Below the pieces are notes generated by a model, which did no database searches, was not told where the DNA came from, and worked only from the letters and a program-made list of their open reading frames with translations. The position numbers and the translations under genes were made by a program. DNA of 64,000 nucleotides from an uncultured bacterium (GTDB lineage: Bacteria; Zixibacteria; MSB-5A5; CAIYYT01): the NCBI GenBank assembly GCA_963726455.1, contig CAVSCK010000005.1, forward strand, positions 512,001 to 576,000, in the 5' to 3' direction. Below are positions 48,935 to 58,561 of the stretch, piece by piece. Position 1 is the stretch's first letter, and each line of letters begins with the position of its first letter.

Positions 48935-49164
48935 CCGGCCGCGGGCGATAGTCGATCAATTCCGCCCTCTTTTTCCGCCAAACAATTTCTTGCCTATGCT
49001 TGTATGTTTGTTATTCTGGCTGTCGCGCTGCAGGCAACCGGGAACGTCCGGCCGCCATGCTTGTATAATTTGGGAAGCCGTTTGTAGAGCACTGACTCCA
49101 GGACTGTACGAAAGGGACGATCGCGTAGTCGTAGCTGTGAGCCGACGACATCCGTGAACTGACG

Positions 49165-49671
49165 ATGCGAACGATAGTACGAATCTTCATCATCTGCTGC
49201 GCCGCCGCCGTTTTGGCCGTCGCCAACAATTTCGTTAATCCCAATAAAGTTCCCTGGGTGGGCAATTGGCCGACTTTCTCCGATGGCGAAGACACCGTCT
49301 GGACGTTGCCATCCTACGATAAGGGCGACCCGCCGACCCTGCGTCCGCAGGATGCCTTCGACCGGTTTGTCAGCAAGAACTACATTTTCGTGGATGCCCG
49401 CGAGCCGGAAGAATATCAGATCGGCCACATCAAGGACGCGATCAACCTTCCCTTTGAGACTTTCGACGATCACTGGCCGGCAGTCGAACCGCTGCTGCCC
49501 AAGGATGCGAAGATTGTCACCTACTGTTCCGGCAGCGAGTGCGATGCCAGTTTGCTTTTGGCGCGGCTGCTGACCCAGAAGTACGGCTACAAGAACGTCG
49601 AGATCTTTTTCGGCGGCTGGCAGATCTGGGACAAACGCAAACTTCCTATCGACGGCAAGTACGATGAATAA
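49165..49671 (+). CDS. Exported rhodanese-domain protein
   Basis: FVDAR...Y..GHIKDAINLP, TYCSGSEC and FFGGW motifs. Confidence 0.88.
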   Translation: MRTIVRIFIICCAAAVLAVANNFVNPNKVPWVGNWPTFSDGEDTVWTLPSYDKGDPPTLRPQDAFDRFVSKNYIFVDAREPEEYQIGHIKDAINLPFETFDDHWPAVEPLLPKDAKIVTYCSGSECDASLLLARLLTQKYGYKNVEIFFGGWQIWDKRKLPIDGKYDE

Positions 49672-50122
49672 GTTGCTCACCAATCAATATTTCGTTTTCC
49701 TGATTCGGCTGGCGCTCGGCATCGTTTTTATTTATGCGGCGGTCTCCAAGATCGAACACCCTGACCAGTTTGCCCGCATCATTTACAATTATCACATCCT
49801 GCCGGGCGGCGTTATCAACCTGTTCGCGCTCTTCCTGCCCTGGGCGGAAATACTGTGCGGCTTTATGCTCATCGTTGGTTTCTGGCATAAGAGCGCTTCC
49901 GTTGTGTTGGGTGGAATGACGGTCGTATTCATCATCGCCCTAACGGTGGCGCTGCTGCGCGGTGTCAATATCGAGTGCGGCTGTTTTTCAACGACGTCCC
50001 GCGCCAAAGGCCCGGTGATTGACTTGATCGTGCGCGATTCCATCATGCTGGTCGGTTTTGCGCTGATACTGGCTGCCCGTAAAGCGTTTCTTGCCTTCGA
50101 CGGCCGAAGCGCCCGCAACTGA
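49664..50122 (+). CDS. MauE/DoxX-family membrane protein
   Basis: RLALGIVFIYAAVSK, LPWAE and IECGCF motifs; overlaps the rhodanese gene. Confidence 0.88.
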   Translation: MNKLLTNQYFVFLIRLALGIVFIYAAVSKIEHPDQFARIIYNYHILPGGVINLFALFLPWAEILCGFMLIVGFWHKSASVVLGGMTVVFIIALTVALLRGVNIECGCFSTTSRAKGPVIDLIVRDSIMLVGFALILAARKAFLAFDGRSARN

Positions 50123-50218
50123 TTCACTATATTACCCACTTCAAAATTCATTCCCCGCTTGCGTATCGTCTTCTAGTAGTCCAGATTTGTCGTGATTGAA
50201 TCAAACGGAGGAATCTCT

Positions 50219-50785
50219 ATGTCCGGGAAGTTTAAGGCCTCGATTGTTTTCTTGATATTGTGTACAGCACTTTTGGTCGTGTCTCTGGCGGCATTGCCAC
50301 CGGGGCAGACTTCCGAATCGGCTGCCTCAACAAACACGGCAAACCTTACCACTCCCGATTCGGCAACGCTGGTACAGGATTCAGTGTATGCGGAGATCAA
50401 CAACGGTTTCGTGACGCTGCGGCCCATTTTCGTCAAGGGCTGTTTTGACTGCCACACGCATCAGACACGGTTTCCCTGGTATTATAAATTGCCGATCATC
50501 AAGGGCATGATCGATTCCGATATTCGCAATGCCCACAAGAAGCTCGACATGGAACCGGGATTTCCTTTCAGCAAACGAGGGGACGTCGCCGATGATCTCG
50601 TCAACATCCATGACGAATTGCAGAGCAGTGACATGCCGCCACTTTCCTATCGTTTTATGCACTGGGATGCCAAGCCGTCGAAGGCGGAGCGCGATTCGGT
50701 CTTCAACTGGATCAATCGCAGCTTGAAATCGCTGTCCGATATCGGAATCGAGCCGACAGCACCGCCGGAGGGTGGAGACAACTAG
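50219..50785 (+). CDS. Haem-binding-domain (c-type cytochrome) protein
   Basis: GCFDCH (CXXCH), PWY and MPPLSY..MHW motifs. Confidence 0.85.
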   Translation: MSGKFKASIVFLILCTALLVVSLAALPPGQTSESAASTNTANLTTPDSATLVQDSVYAEINNGFVTLRPIFVKGCFDCHTHQTRFPWYYKLPIIKGMIDSDIRNAHKKLDMEPGFPFSKRGDVADDLVNIHDELQSSDMPPLSYRFMHWDAKPSKAERDSVFNWINRSLKSLSDIGIEPTAPPEGGDN

Positions 50786-50818
50786 ACGGCAATCGTGGTG
50801 TTGCTACGTGCACCGGTG

Positions 50819-51361
50819 TCAACGCGCCCGGTACGCTTTGATGAAGTAGATTATTATCGTCGCGAAGATAAGACCCAATATCACCGGCAGAAACCAGATC
50901 GTCAGATTAGCTGCGTTGCCGCGCGCTACCTGAATAGTCTGCCAAGTTAGAAACGCGAACATGCAGACTACTTCTGCCTTGAGGACGGTCAATAGCTGCC
51001 GCGCATACAGATATTGCTTCTCCCGATTCTGATCTGTAAGGGCAAACGGATAATTGTAGATGTGCGGCCATCGTTGAAACAACGTGAGCAGCGCGTAAAG
51101 GAATACCGCCGTCCCGATCATCGGCAGAAGCGAATACTTGCTGCCCCACCGGTCTACTTTGCCGCCAAAATCGTAATGCATCGGCACTTTGTCCGGTAGC
51201 GTTGCCCAGGTTGCCACCAGGTAGATAACAGCAAAGATCAGGGCAGCTGCGGCGATGACTTCGACGTTGATCTCCAATCTCGTTCTCGCGATTGTCAATT
51301 TCGGCCGGAGACGCTTGGCTTCGAGACTATTCTTGGACTCAAAAAACTTCGGAAATGGCAT
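50819..51361 (-). CDS. DUF1648-family membrane protein
   Basis: LPDKVPMHY..G..DRWGSK; PHIYNYP. Confidence 0.8.
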   Translation of the reverse strand: MPFPKFFESKNSLEAKRLRPKLTIARTRLEINVEVIAAAALIFAVIYLVATWATLPDKVPMHYDFGGKVDRWGSKYSLLPMIGTAVFLYALLTLFQRWPHIYNYPFALTDQNREKQYLYARQLLTVLKAEVVCMFAFLTWQTIQVARGNAANLTIWFLPVILGLIFATIIIYFIKAYRAR

Positions 51362-51375
51362 TATCAACTTTCGTC

Positions 51376-52083
51376 TTACAAACCCAGGAATTGAATGGCT
51401 ACGCCGCAAATCGCGATCGTGGCGCCGGCGAGCGCATGAGTGTACCGCTCCAGCCTGGCCATCGGCAGCATCTTGATTCCGAACGACATGGCGACTACGA
51501 CGGAGACCATCGTCGTTATTGTAACGATTCCGAAAACCGAAGTTACCCAGACCAGTCCGGAGATACTGTGCCGCGCAGCCGGGTACATCAGAATCGGAAT
51601 CAGCGGCTCACAGGGACCAAGAACGAACACGGTGAACAAAATCCAGGGCGTGATGTTTGGCTTCTCGGCAGGTTCATGAGAATGCGCGGTGCCGTCGGCA
51701 TGAATGTGGTGCTCGCCGTTCTTCATTCCGGGCAGATGCAAATGGCTGTGCGGGCGGTTCTTCATCGCGCGGCGCAAACCCCAGACAAAATATGCCAGCC
51801 CGAACGCAATCAGCGCCCAGCCGGCGATGTTGCCGCGAAACGATTCCAGCGCCTCCAGTTTTCCGACAGCGATGCCAAACGCCACGCCGAGAAGACCAAG
51901 GACCACCGAACTCAGGATATGACCGACGCCGCAGATTGCCGTGATCCACACGGATTTGGTCAGCGACCAGTTGCGCGCCTTGGCCATAGCTACAAACGGC
52001 ACATAATGATCCGGTCCGATTAGGGTGTGCACGAAGCCGATCGAGGCGGCGGTCAGCGATAGTATTGCTAATTCAGGTGCTAT
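51376..52083 (-). CDS. His-rich Ni/Co-transporter-like membrane protein (NicO/UreH-like); apparent ATA start
   Basis: GFVHTLIGPDHY, GVGHILSS, His-rich loop and GPCEPLIP; the first TM helix lies upstream of the called GTG. Confidence 0.7.
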   Translation of the reverse strand: MAPELAILSLTAASIGFVHTLIGPDHYVPFVAMAKARNWSLTKSVWITAICGVGHILSSVVLGLLGVAFGIAVGKLEALESFRGNIAGWALIAFGLAYFVWGLRRAMKNRPHSHLHLPGMKNGEHHIHADGTAHSHEPAEKPNITPWILFTVFVLGPCEPLIPILMYPAARHSISGLVWVTSVFGIVTITTMVSVVVAMSFGIKMLPMARLERYTHALAGATIAICGVAIQFLGL

Positions 52084-52237
52084 ACCTAAACCTCTGCATG
52101 ACAGGTAAAGTCGAACCAGAATATACGCATCTGACGCTCAACACCATAAAGATTTGAATTGTCAGGCGCCCGTCGGCCGTCCGCACGCTGAATTTGTCTC
52201 CGTTGTTCGCCCCGTTTTGCCACATTTGCGCGATTTA

Positions 52238-52264
52238 GGAACCTTATGCAATTCGTACGGTTAG
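52238..52264 (+). promoter_or_regulatory. Possible ECF-sigma promoter
   Basis: GGAACC-N16-GTTAG pattern about 110 nt upstream of the lipoprotein gene. Confidence 0.35.
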
Positions 52265-52376
52265 TGATTTATCGGTTTAGGTGTCCGGCCTTACAGGTTG
52301 GCTGCAGGCCGGGTTTGGGGTGGTGGCGATTCGAGAATCCGGGGGCGCGCAAATGAAAACATAAGGAGTGTCAGAC

Positions 52377-53573
52377 ATGTTGTCGAGAAACAGATTTCCT
52401 GTCTTCGCCGCATTACTGGTCGTGGTGGTTGCGCTATTCCTAGCCGGCTGTAGTAGCAGCAGCAGCCCCAATAACTCGGCCAGCGGCAACCCTTTCAACC
52501 AGACTTTTGGCGGTCTTGCTCCCACAAGTGAAAGCCCTGCCTTTGGTGATCCGATGCTGATGACCATGGCAGGCGACGATGATGCTCACGACAATCTCAG
52601 TTCATCACCCGACATTGATTCACTGAACCATCAGGCGGGAGTCAATGTGTTTTCGGTGGAATTCAAGTGGGGACATTTGCAGCTCGATTCGACGGAGACT
52701 GCCGTCACCGACTGGTCCGGCTCGCTGACAATTCAGCGCGGCGCGATTATTGCGGTCCGCACTATCGGGTTTGATGCCGGAGACTATCTGGTTCTTCCCC
52801 GGCACCAGCGCACCGAGTTGGATTGGGTCAGCCACACCAAACAGTCTTTTGACGGCATCCTCGTCTACGTCTACGATCCGACCGGGGGACAGTATTACGG
52901 GAACAATCTCACCTTTACCACTGCGCCGTACACGCATACGTTCAACACAAGTCAACTTGACTCGCTTAGCGAATTGGTTAACGTCGGGAACAATCAAGTC
53001 TCGATCAATGCGCTTAAGCTGACTCAGGCCGACTGCAGCGCGGGTTTTCTCAACGGTCGGTTTATTCGTAGCGAGGCAGATCGGGATACAGGAAAATTCC
53101 TTGGACTCTGGGTGTCACGAGGCGGACTGCTTTTCGGTCACTTCAAAGGGCATTTCGGCGTCAGGGATGATGGCACGCGCGTTCTGTTTGGCAAATGGAT
53201 CAGCGCCGGGCCGCCGGATGAAAGCGATGCTGCCGGCACGTTCCGGGGACTTCTCAAAGGACAGTGGGGTTATGATGCCAATGTTGATCCGGTGCTCCTC
53301 AATCATGGCTGGTTTCAGGGCGACATTTATGACCGGTCATTAACAGTCATCGGACACTTCAACGGCACCTGGGTGGCTGTGGCTCCCAGCGGTGGCTCTG
53401 GTAATGGGAATGGTGGCAATGGTGGTGGCAACGGTGGAGGCGGCAACGGAGGCGGAGGAGGAGGAGGTGGTGGCGGTTATGGTGGCTACAAACTCACCGG
53501 TTCCGACGATGGCTCCAGCCACAAAGGTTTCGGCTTCCTGGCTGGCGACTGGACCGCCCAGTGCCAGCAGTGA
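52377..53573 (+). CDS. Hypothetical lipoprotein, paralog 1 (Gly-rich insert)
   Basis: Lipobox LAGC; AAGGAG RBS; high similarity to 53960-55057. Confidence 0.8.
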   Translation: MLSRNRFPVFAALLVVVVALFLAGCSSSSSPNNSASGNPFNQTFGGLAPTSESPAFGDPMLMTMAGDDDAHDNLSSSPDIDSLNHQAGVNVFSVEFKWGHLQLDSTETAVTDWSGSLTIQRGAIIAVRTIGFDAGDYLVLPRHQRTELDWVSHTKQSFDGILVYVYDPTGGQYYGNNLTFTTAPYTHTFNTSQLDSLSELVNVGNNQVSINALKLTQADCSAGFLNGRFIRSEADRDTGKFLGLWVSRGGLLFGHFKGHFGVRDDGTRVLFGKWISAGPPDESDAAGTFRGLLKGQWGYDANVDPVLLNHGWFQGDIYDRSLTVIGHFNGTWVAVAPSGGSGNGNGGNGGGNGGGGNGGGGGGGGGGYGGYKLTGSDDGSSHKGFGFLAGDWTAQCQQ

Positions 53574-53614
53574 GTTGAAAATCACGTCAGCCGGTCAGAA
53601 CAATCTTGAAATGC

Positions 53615-53642
53615 GAAGCCCGTGTCTTTCGGCACGGGCTTC
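53615..53642 (+). terminator. Intrinsic terminator
   Basis: GAAGCCCGTGTC-TTTC-GGCACGGGCTTC. Confidence 0.7.
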
Positions 53643-53959
53643 TGTCTAATCGATTCTTACTTCCCTTATCGGTCAGTCCGCCATAGTTGGATTATTCCGA
53701 GCGAATACTATGGCATCGTCTTGATGAATCCAATTATATTGTCGCTGTCGCCACGGTGCGATACAGTATTTTCTGAGTGGCATAACTGACGGCAAATCAA
53801 AGCGATCGGCCCGACGGCCTGTTCGTATCGGCGAATTGACTGCAACGCAAGCAGCACCGGCGCGTAAAATAGTACGCAAGTCCCGGATGCGGCAAAGTGT
53901 CATATTCACTGTCCTGAATCTGACACCCACACGGGTCAAAATTAACAAGGAGAACAGAT

Positions 53960-55057
53960 ATGTCGCTGCGTAACAATCTCTTTTTCTTGCTCGTCGCTCT
54001 CGTTCTGGCCGCACTGCTGGCCGGATGCAGCAGCTCGACGTCACCGGTCCCCACCGGCGACAATACTTTCAACGACAAGTTTGGTGGATTGACTCCTACA
54101 AGTGAAACGCCGGCCTTTGGCGATACCGAATTGTCGGCGATGGTTGCTGGTATGGATGCCGACGATCCGATGGACTCCACCTCCGATGTCGATTCGCTGC
54201 GAAACATGGCCAATGTGAATGTATACTCGGTCAAGTTCAGGTGGGGCCATCTTCAATACGATTCGACAGAAACGGCAATCACAGACTGGTCCGGAACGCT
54301 GACTCTTGACCGGGGCGCTATTATTGCCGTGCGCACAGTCGGCTTTGAAGAGGGGGACCATATCGTCCGCCCCCGCGAATCCCGCACTGTCCTGCAATGG
54401 GTCAGCCGCACCAAACAGGCGGCCGACGGCATCATTGTGTTGGTCTACGATCCCAATCCGCAGGCGTACCAAACTCCGAACACGTTGACGTTTGCGACCA
54501 CGCCTTATACTCACGCCTTCGCGATGAGTGATCTTGATTCGCTCGACGAGTTGGTCAATGTCGGCGCCAACCAGGTCGCAATCACGTCGCTGAAGCTGAA
54601 TCATTTCCCGTGCAGTCAGGGTTATCTTGATGGCCACTGGATGCGCAGCGAGCAGAATCGCGACACGGGCGTATTCAAGGGACTCTGGGTTTCCGGCAAT
54701 GGTTTGGTTTTTGGTCATTACAAAGGGCGCTTTGGTGTCCGTAGTGACGGCTCACGCGTCATGTATGGCAAATGGATTAGTGCCGGACCGCCGGACGATG
54801 ATGTTGCAGCCGGCTCATTCAAAGGTTTGCTCAAAGGCACCTGGGGATACGATGCGAATGTCGACCCGATCCTGCTCAATCATGGCTGGTTCCATGGCGA
54901 CATTTATGACCGCACGATGAACATAATCGGTCAATATAACGGCACCTGGGTGGCGGCAGCACCAAGTGCCGGCGGAGTCGATCCCGGTAACAACGAACAT
55001 CGCCACAAAGGTTTTGGCTTCATGAGCGGCGACTGGGTTTCCCAATGCCAACAATGA
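53960..55057 (+). CDS. Hypothetical lipoprotein, paralog 2
   Basis: Lipobox LAGC; shares FGGL.PTSE.PAFGD, TDWSG, GKWISAGPPD and WGYDANVDP with paralog 1. Confidence 0.8.
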   Translation: MSLRNNLFFLLVALVLAALLAGCSSSTSPVPTGDNTFNDKFGGLTPTSETPAFGDTELSAMVAGMDADDPMDSTSDVDSLRNMANVNVYSVKFRWGHLQYDSTETAITDWSGTLTLDRGAIIAVRTVGFEEGDHIVRPRESRTVLQWVSRTKQAADGIIVLVYDPNPQAYQTPNTLTFATTPYTHAFAMSDLDSLDELVNVGANQVAITSLKLNHFPCSQGYLDGHWMRSEQNRDTGVFKGLWVSGNGLVFGHYKGRFGVRSDGSRVMYGKWISAGPPDDDVAAGSFKGLLKGTWGYDANVDPILLNHGWFHGDIYDRTMNIIGQYNGTWVAAAPSAGGVDPGNNEHRHKGFGFMSGDWVSQCQQ

Positions 55058-55088
55058 CGCCGGCATATTGATTTTCATCAAGAACAGA

Positions 55089-55116
55089 AAAGCCCGTGTC
55101 ATGTGACACGGGCTTT
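55089..55116. terminator. Intrinsic (likely bidirectional) terminator
   Basis: AAAGCCCGTGTC-ATGT-GACACGGGCTTT. Confidence 0.75.
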
Positions 55117-55179
55117 AATTCTTGCGGGTATTCATTTTCATTGATGAAACATGGCGGGCACTGTCAACAGAACATGTAG

Positions 55180-55836
55180 TTAGTCGGAAACTGCTTCAGC
55201 AACGATTGTGGGAAACAGGGCAAGAGGTGCCAGTATCGCTCCGGGGTAGCATCCAAAGCTGACTCCAATATACCAATTTGTTTCGGTAAACGGTGGAGGA
55301 ATCAGACTGGGATCAAAATACTCGCCCGGCCTTGGTTTATAACGGAAATGTTCCACCTGAAGGTACAGGGACACCCAATCACCAGCTCCCATTGATAGAG
55401 TTCCCGTAATGCTCGGATTTGCTAGTACGAAGGGACTCTTCTCCGAGAACTGGGAAATCGTCAAGCCGGCGGCCAAGTCAACTCGCAGTCCGCGACTAAG
55501 CCATCGTCTTACTCGTGGTTTGAGCGCAACTACATAAGCATGATTATTATCTTGATCGTAGATAAAGTTAAGTGTTCCCCCGACAGCCCATTGGGAGTCG
55601 ATCTTGTGGAGTGCGCCGACCTCCCAACTAAAATGCCACTCATACAGCGGTTTTTCCAATGTATGCGCTACTGCCGTTTCAGTAATCAACGAGGTGTTGC
55701 AGCCGGAGCCGCTGCTGCTCATGAAACAGAATGCCGGCCGGCCCGTTTGAGGATCATTCATTTTCTGTGCCGTCACCGAGCCGCCCAACACGAAGATGAA
55801 CATCAAGCCGAATGTCATTAGCTTTTGGAGATTCAT
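55180..55836 (-). CDS. Hypothetical exported, probably outer-membrane beta-barrel protein
   Basis: Signal peptide; alternating amphipathic beta-strand-like segments. Confidence 0.55.
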   Translation of the reverse strand: MNLQKLMTFGLMFIFVLGGSVTAQKMNDPQTGRPAFCFMSSSGSGCNTSLITETAVAHTLEKPLYEWHFSWEVGALHKIDSQWAVGGTLNFIYDQDNNHAYVVALKPRVRRWLSRGLRVDLAAGLTISQFSEKSPFVLANPSITGTLSMGAGDWVSLYLQVEHFRYKPRPGEYFDPSLIPPPFTETNWYIGVSFGCYPGAILAPLALFPTIVAEAVSD

Positions 55837-55866
55837 CTGATTCCCATGGCATTTTTGCACCGACGC

Positions 55867-56769
55867 TTAATACAACCTCGCCCGCTTGTTCAGGAACGCA
55901 AACAGCGATTTGTCGTACGCCGTCGCGGTGTCGATCGGTACATAATCGATGTTCGACATGCGGCACTCGCGCGCAAACCGATCCAGCACTTCGCCGATGA
56001 TGCGCTGATAATCCTTCTTGATCTGCCAGGGCAGCGTGTTTATCTGCTCGCCGGTCTCCATGTCTTTGAAAATCGCTTCCAGCGGAAATGAAAAATCGCG
56101 TTCCTTGGGATCGAGCACGTGGAAAACAATCACTTCATGCTTGCGATGGCGAAAATGTTTGAGTCCCGCCAGAATCTGATTCGGTTCATCGAGCAAGTCG
56201 GAAATCAGGATCACCAGACCGCGCCGCTTGATTCGCTCCGCCATTTCGTGCAACGTGCCCGCAATATTCGTCTTCTCGGTCGGCTTGAACTGCTCCATCT
56301 CGCGCAGCAGCACATGCAGATGCGACGCCGCCGACCGGGGTGGAACATAGGTGTTGATCTTTTCATCGAATCCGACCAACCCGACCGCATCGCGCTGTTT
56401 CAACATCAGAAACGACAGCGCGGCCGCCAACTGTAATCCATAGGTCAACTTGTCGGTGCGGCCATCGGCGGCAAAAGCCATTGATCGTGAACAATCAATC
56501 AACAGATATGACTTGAGGTTGGTCTCTTCCTCATATTCCTTGATGAAGAACCGATCCGACTTGGCGTAAACTTTCCAGTCGATGTTGCGAATCGGATCCC
56601 CCGGCATGTATTGCCGATGCTCGGCGAACTCGACCGAGAAGCCATGATACGGCGACCGGTGCAATCCGGCGATAAAGCCCTCGACCACCAGTCGTGCCTT
56701 GATCTCCAACCCCTTGAGGCGGCTGACGACGTCCGGCTGTAAGTATTTGGTGTGCGCCCGTTCCTGCAT
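55867..56769 (-). CDS. DUF58 (MoxR-associated, VWA-like) protein
   Basis: GLHRSPYHGFSVEFAEHRQY.PGD..RNIDWK; LIDCSRSM. Confidence 0.93.
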   Translation of the reverse strand: MQERAHTKYLQPDVVSRLKGLEIKARLVVEGFIAGLHRSPYHGFSVEFAEHRQYMPGDPIRNIDWKVYAKSDRFFIKEYEEETNLKSYLLIDCSRSMAFAADGRTDKLTYGLQLAAALSFLMLKQRDAVGLVGFDEKINTYVPPRSAASHLHVLLREMEQFKPTEKTNIAGTLHEMAERIKRRGLVILISDLLDEPNQILAGLKHFRHRKHEVIVFHVLDPKERDFSFPLEAIFKDMETGEQINTLPWQIKKDYQRIIGEVLDRFARECRMSNIDYVPIDTATAYDKSLFAFLNKRARLY

Positions 56770-56934
56770 ACTTCATTTATACACAATTTCGTGCCATTTG
56801 GTCAAGGAAAGATGCAGATTGCCTGCCTTGCCCCACCAGAGTCGCGAAAGAGGTGTCGCCTTGACGTCTGCGCGCAATTTCCATTTCTTCACTCCATGAT
56901 CGCGTATCTTTATGTGATGTAGAGACAGAGGGTA

Positions 56935-58053
56935 TTGGTACCGATAATTGACTATATGAATCCATTGGGAATATTCCGCTTCTTCAGCACCGTTTATCGC
57001 CACGGCCGCAATGACCGAAAGCAGTTCGGCGTGGGCTTTCTCACGCAGGCAAAGGAGGTCTTGGCGCTGCGCCGGCTCAACGGTTTGGAGCCGTACGAGT
57101 ATTTTACTTACCACCTGACAAATCCTTCGCTGACCTGGGACGACAAGGCCGCCTACCTCAGCTATAATCAGGTTTGTGCACTTCATCGCGAACTGTCGCC
57201 CATGCAGGATCGTGCCATCACCGCGAAATTCATCACTGATAGATTCTTCAGTTGGTTCGGTATTGCCATGCCGCACAACTACGGTATTTACGATCCGAGA
57301 TTTGGCAGAACCGCCGAGGGGAAACCACTGACCGGCTTCGACGAGTTTCGTGAGTTGGTGACCTCGCTGCCGAAGGATAAGTTCATTCTCAAACCCGCCG
57401 CCAGCGCCAAAGGCACGGGCATTACGGCTATTGTCGGGCGGGAGGATTCGTTATTTGTTTCGGCGTCCGGGGAGAGACTAACGGCCGAGCAGCTTTTCGA
57501 AAAGTGCCTCTGGGGCTGGAAAACGACCTACTCGCGCACACCACAAGGATTACTGGTTCAGGAATTTATCGAGCAGCACGAATTGCTGCAGCGCATCCAG
57601 CCGCACAGTCTGAATACCCTGCGCGTGATTACGTTCATGAATGACGAGGACCGCGTCGAAGTCCTGACAACGATGATCAAATTTGGTCTCGGGACGAGCA
57701 TGGTCGACAACATCTCTCGCGGGGGAATGGCGGCGCGGGTTGACAACGGAGTCATTCAGGATGCTTACATGGAAGATTCCGGCGACTACCAGCCGGTCCA
57801 AAAGCACCCCGACACTAACGGACAAATCACAGGGATTCGACTGCCCTATTTTGACGAAGCCGTGGCGCTCGCCGTCCGCGGACAACAACACATCCCGCAA
57901 TTGCGTACGCTCGGTTGGGATATCGCCATTACGCCGACCGGCCCAATCATTATCGAAGTGAATGTCTTCTGGGGTAATGTCACGCAGGCAGTCACCCGCA
58001 AGGGAATGATCACCCCCGGCCTCCGGCAGGTCCTCGACCGCATTAAGTGGTGA
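56935..58053 (+). CDS. Sugar-transfer-associated ATP-grasp (ATPgrasp_ST) protein
   Basis: ILKP....GTGI, VQEFIEQH, SLNTLRVIT, DNISRGG, HPDT and GWDIAIT.TGP.IIEVN. Confidence 0.85.
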   Translation: MVPIIDYMNPLGIFRFFSTVYRHGRNDRKQFGVGFLTQAKEVLALRRLNGLEPYEYFTYHLTNPSLTWDDKAAYLSYNQVCALHRELSPMQDRAITAKFITDRFFSWFGIAMPHNYGIYDPRFGRTAEGKPLTGFDEFRELVTSLPKDKFILKPAASAKGTGITAIVGREDSLFVSASGERLTAEQLFEKCLWGWKTTYSRTPQGLLVQEFIEQHELLQRIQPHSLNTLRVITFMNDEDRVEVLTTMIKFGLGTSMVDNISRGGMAARVDNGVIQDAYMEDSGDYQPVQKHPDTNGQITGIRLPYFDEAVALAVRGQQHIPQLRTLGWDIAITPTGPIIIEVNVFWGNVTQAVTRKGMITPGLRQVLDRIKW

Positions 58054-58102
58054 CCACTCACCGCATGGATCCGTTCGGCATCTGTAACATTCAACGAGTA
58101 GT

Positions 58103-58535
58103 CAGTAGGTTGAACATTCATGTTTGACCCTTTGCCCACGTGGAAGCGTACGCCCCAACAATGGACAAGCAAGAATGCTTATCCTACTGCTCCTCCCCCT
58201 CTACCTTGGGGAGAGGGGCCGGGGGTGAGGGAGCACAACTCGACTATGCAGCGTTCAGTAGGTTGAACATTCCTGTTTGACCCTTTGCCCACGTGGAAGC
58301 GTACGCCCCAACAATGGACAAGCAAGAATGCTTATCCTACTGTTCCTCCCCTCTACCTTTGGGAGAGGGGCCGGGGGTGAGGGAGCACAACTCGACTATG
58401 CAGCGTTCAGTAGGTTGAACATTCCTGTTTGACCCTTTGCCCACGTGGAGGCGTACGCCCCAACAATGGACAAGCAAGAATGCTTATCCTACTGTTCCTC
58501 CCCTCTACCTTTGGGAGAGGGGCCGGGGGTGAGGG
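58103..58535. repeat. Three composite REP units of about 152 bp (same REP doublet as 15854-16197 plus a CCCCTCT..AGAGGGG hairpin)
   Basis: Units start at 58103, 58256 and 58408; GTAGGTTGAACATTCMTGTTTGACC ... GGACAAGCAAGAATGCTTATCCTAC, then CTCCCCTCTACCTTTGGGAGAGGGGCCGGGGGTGAGGG. Confidence 0.9.
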
Positions 58536-58561
58536 ATTTGCCGTTCGACAATTCTCGCCTA

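Noticed and set aside
49020-49164. Riboswitch in the rhodanese leader
   Set aside because: Only a short hairpin (GTCGT..ACGAC) is present, with no recognisable aptamer consensus.
53390-53490. GGN-rich tract as a DNA-level VNTR or G-quadruplex
   Set aside because: The third codon positions vary, so it is explained by a poly-Gly protein linker.
58103-58535. CRISPR array or coding repeat (ORF 58445-58765)
   Set aside because: Whole units repeat without unique spacers; the ORF is translated repeat overlapping a real minus-strand gene.
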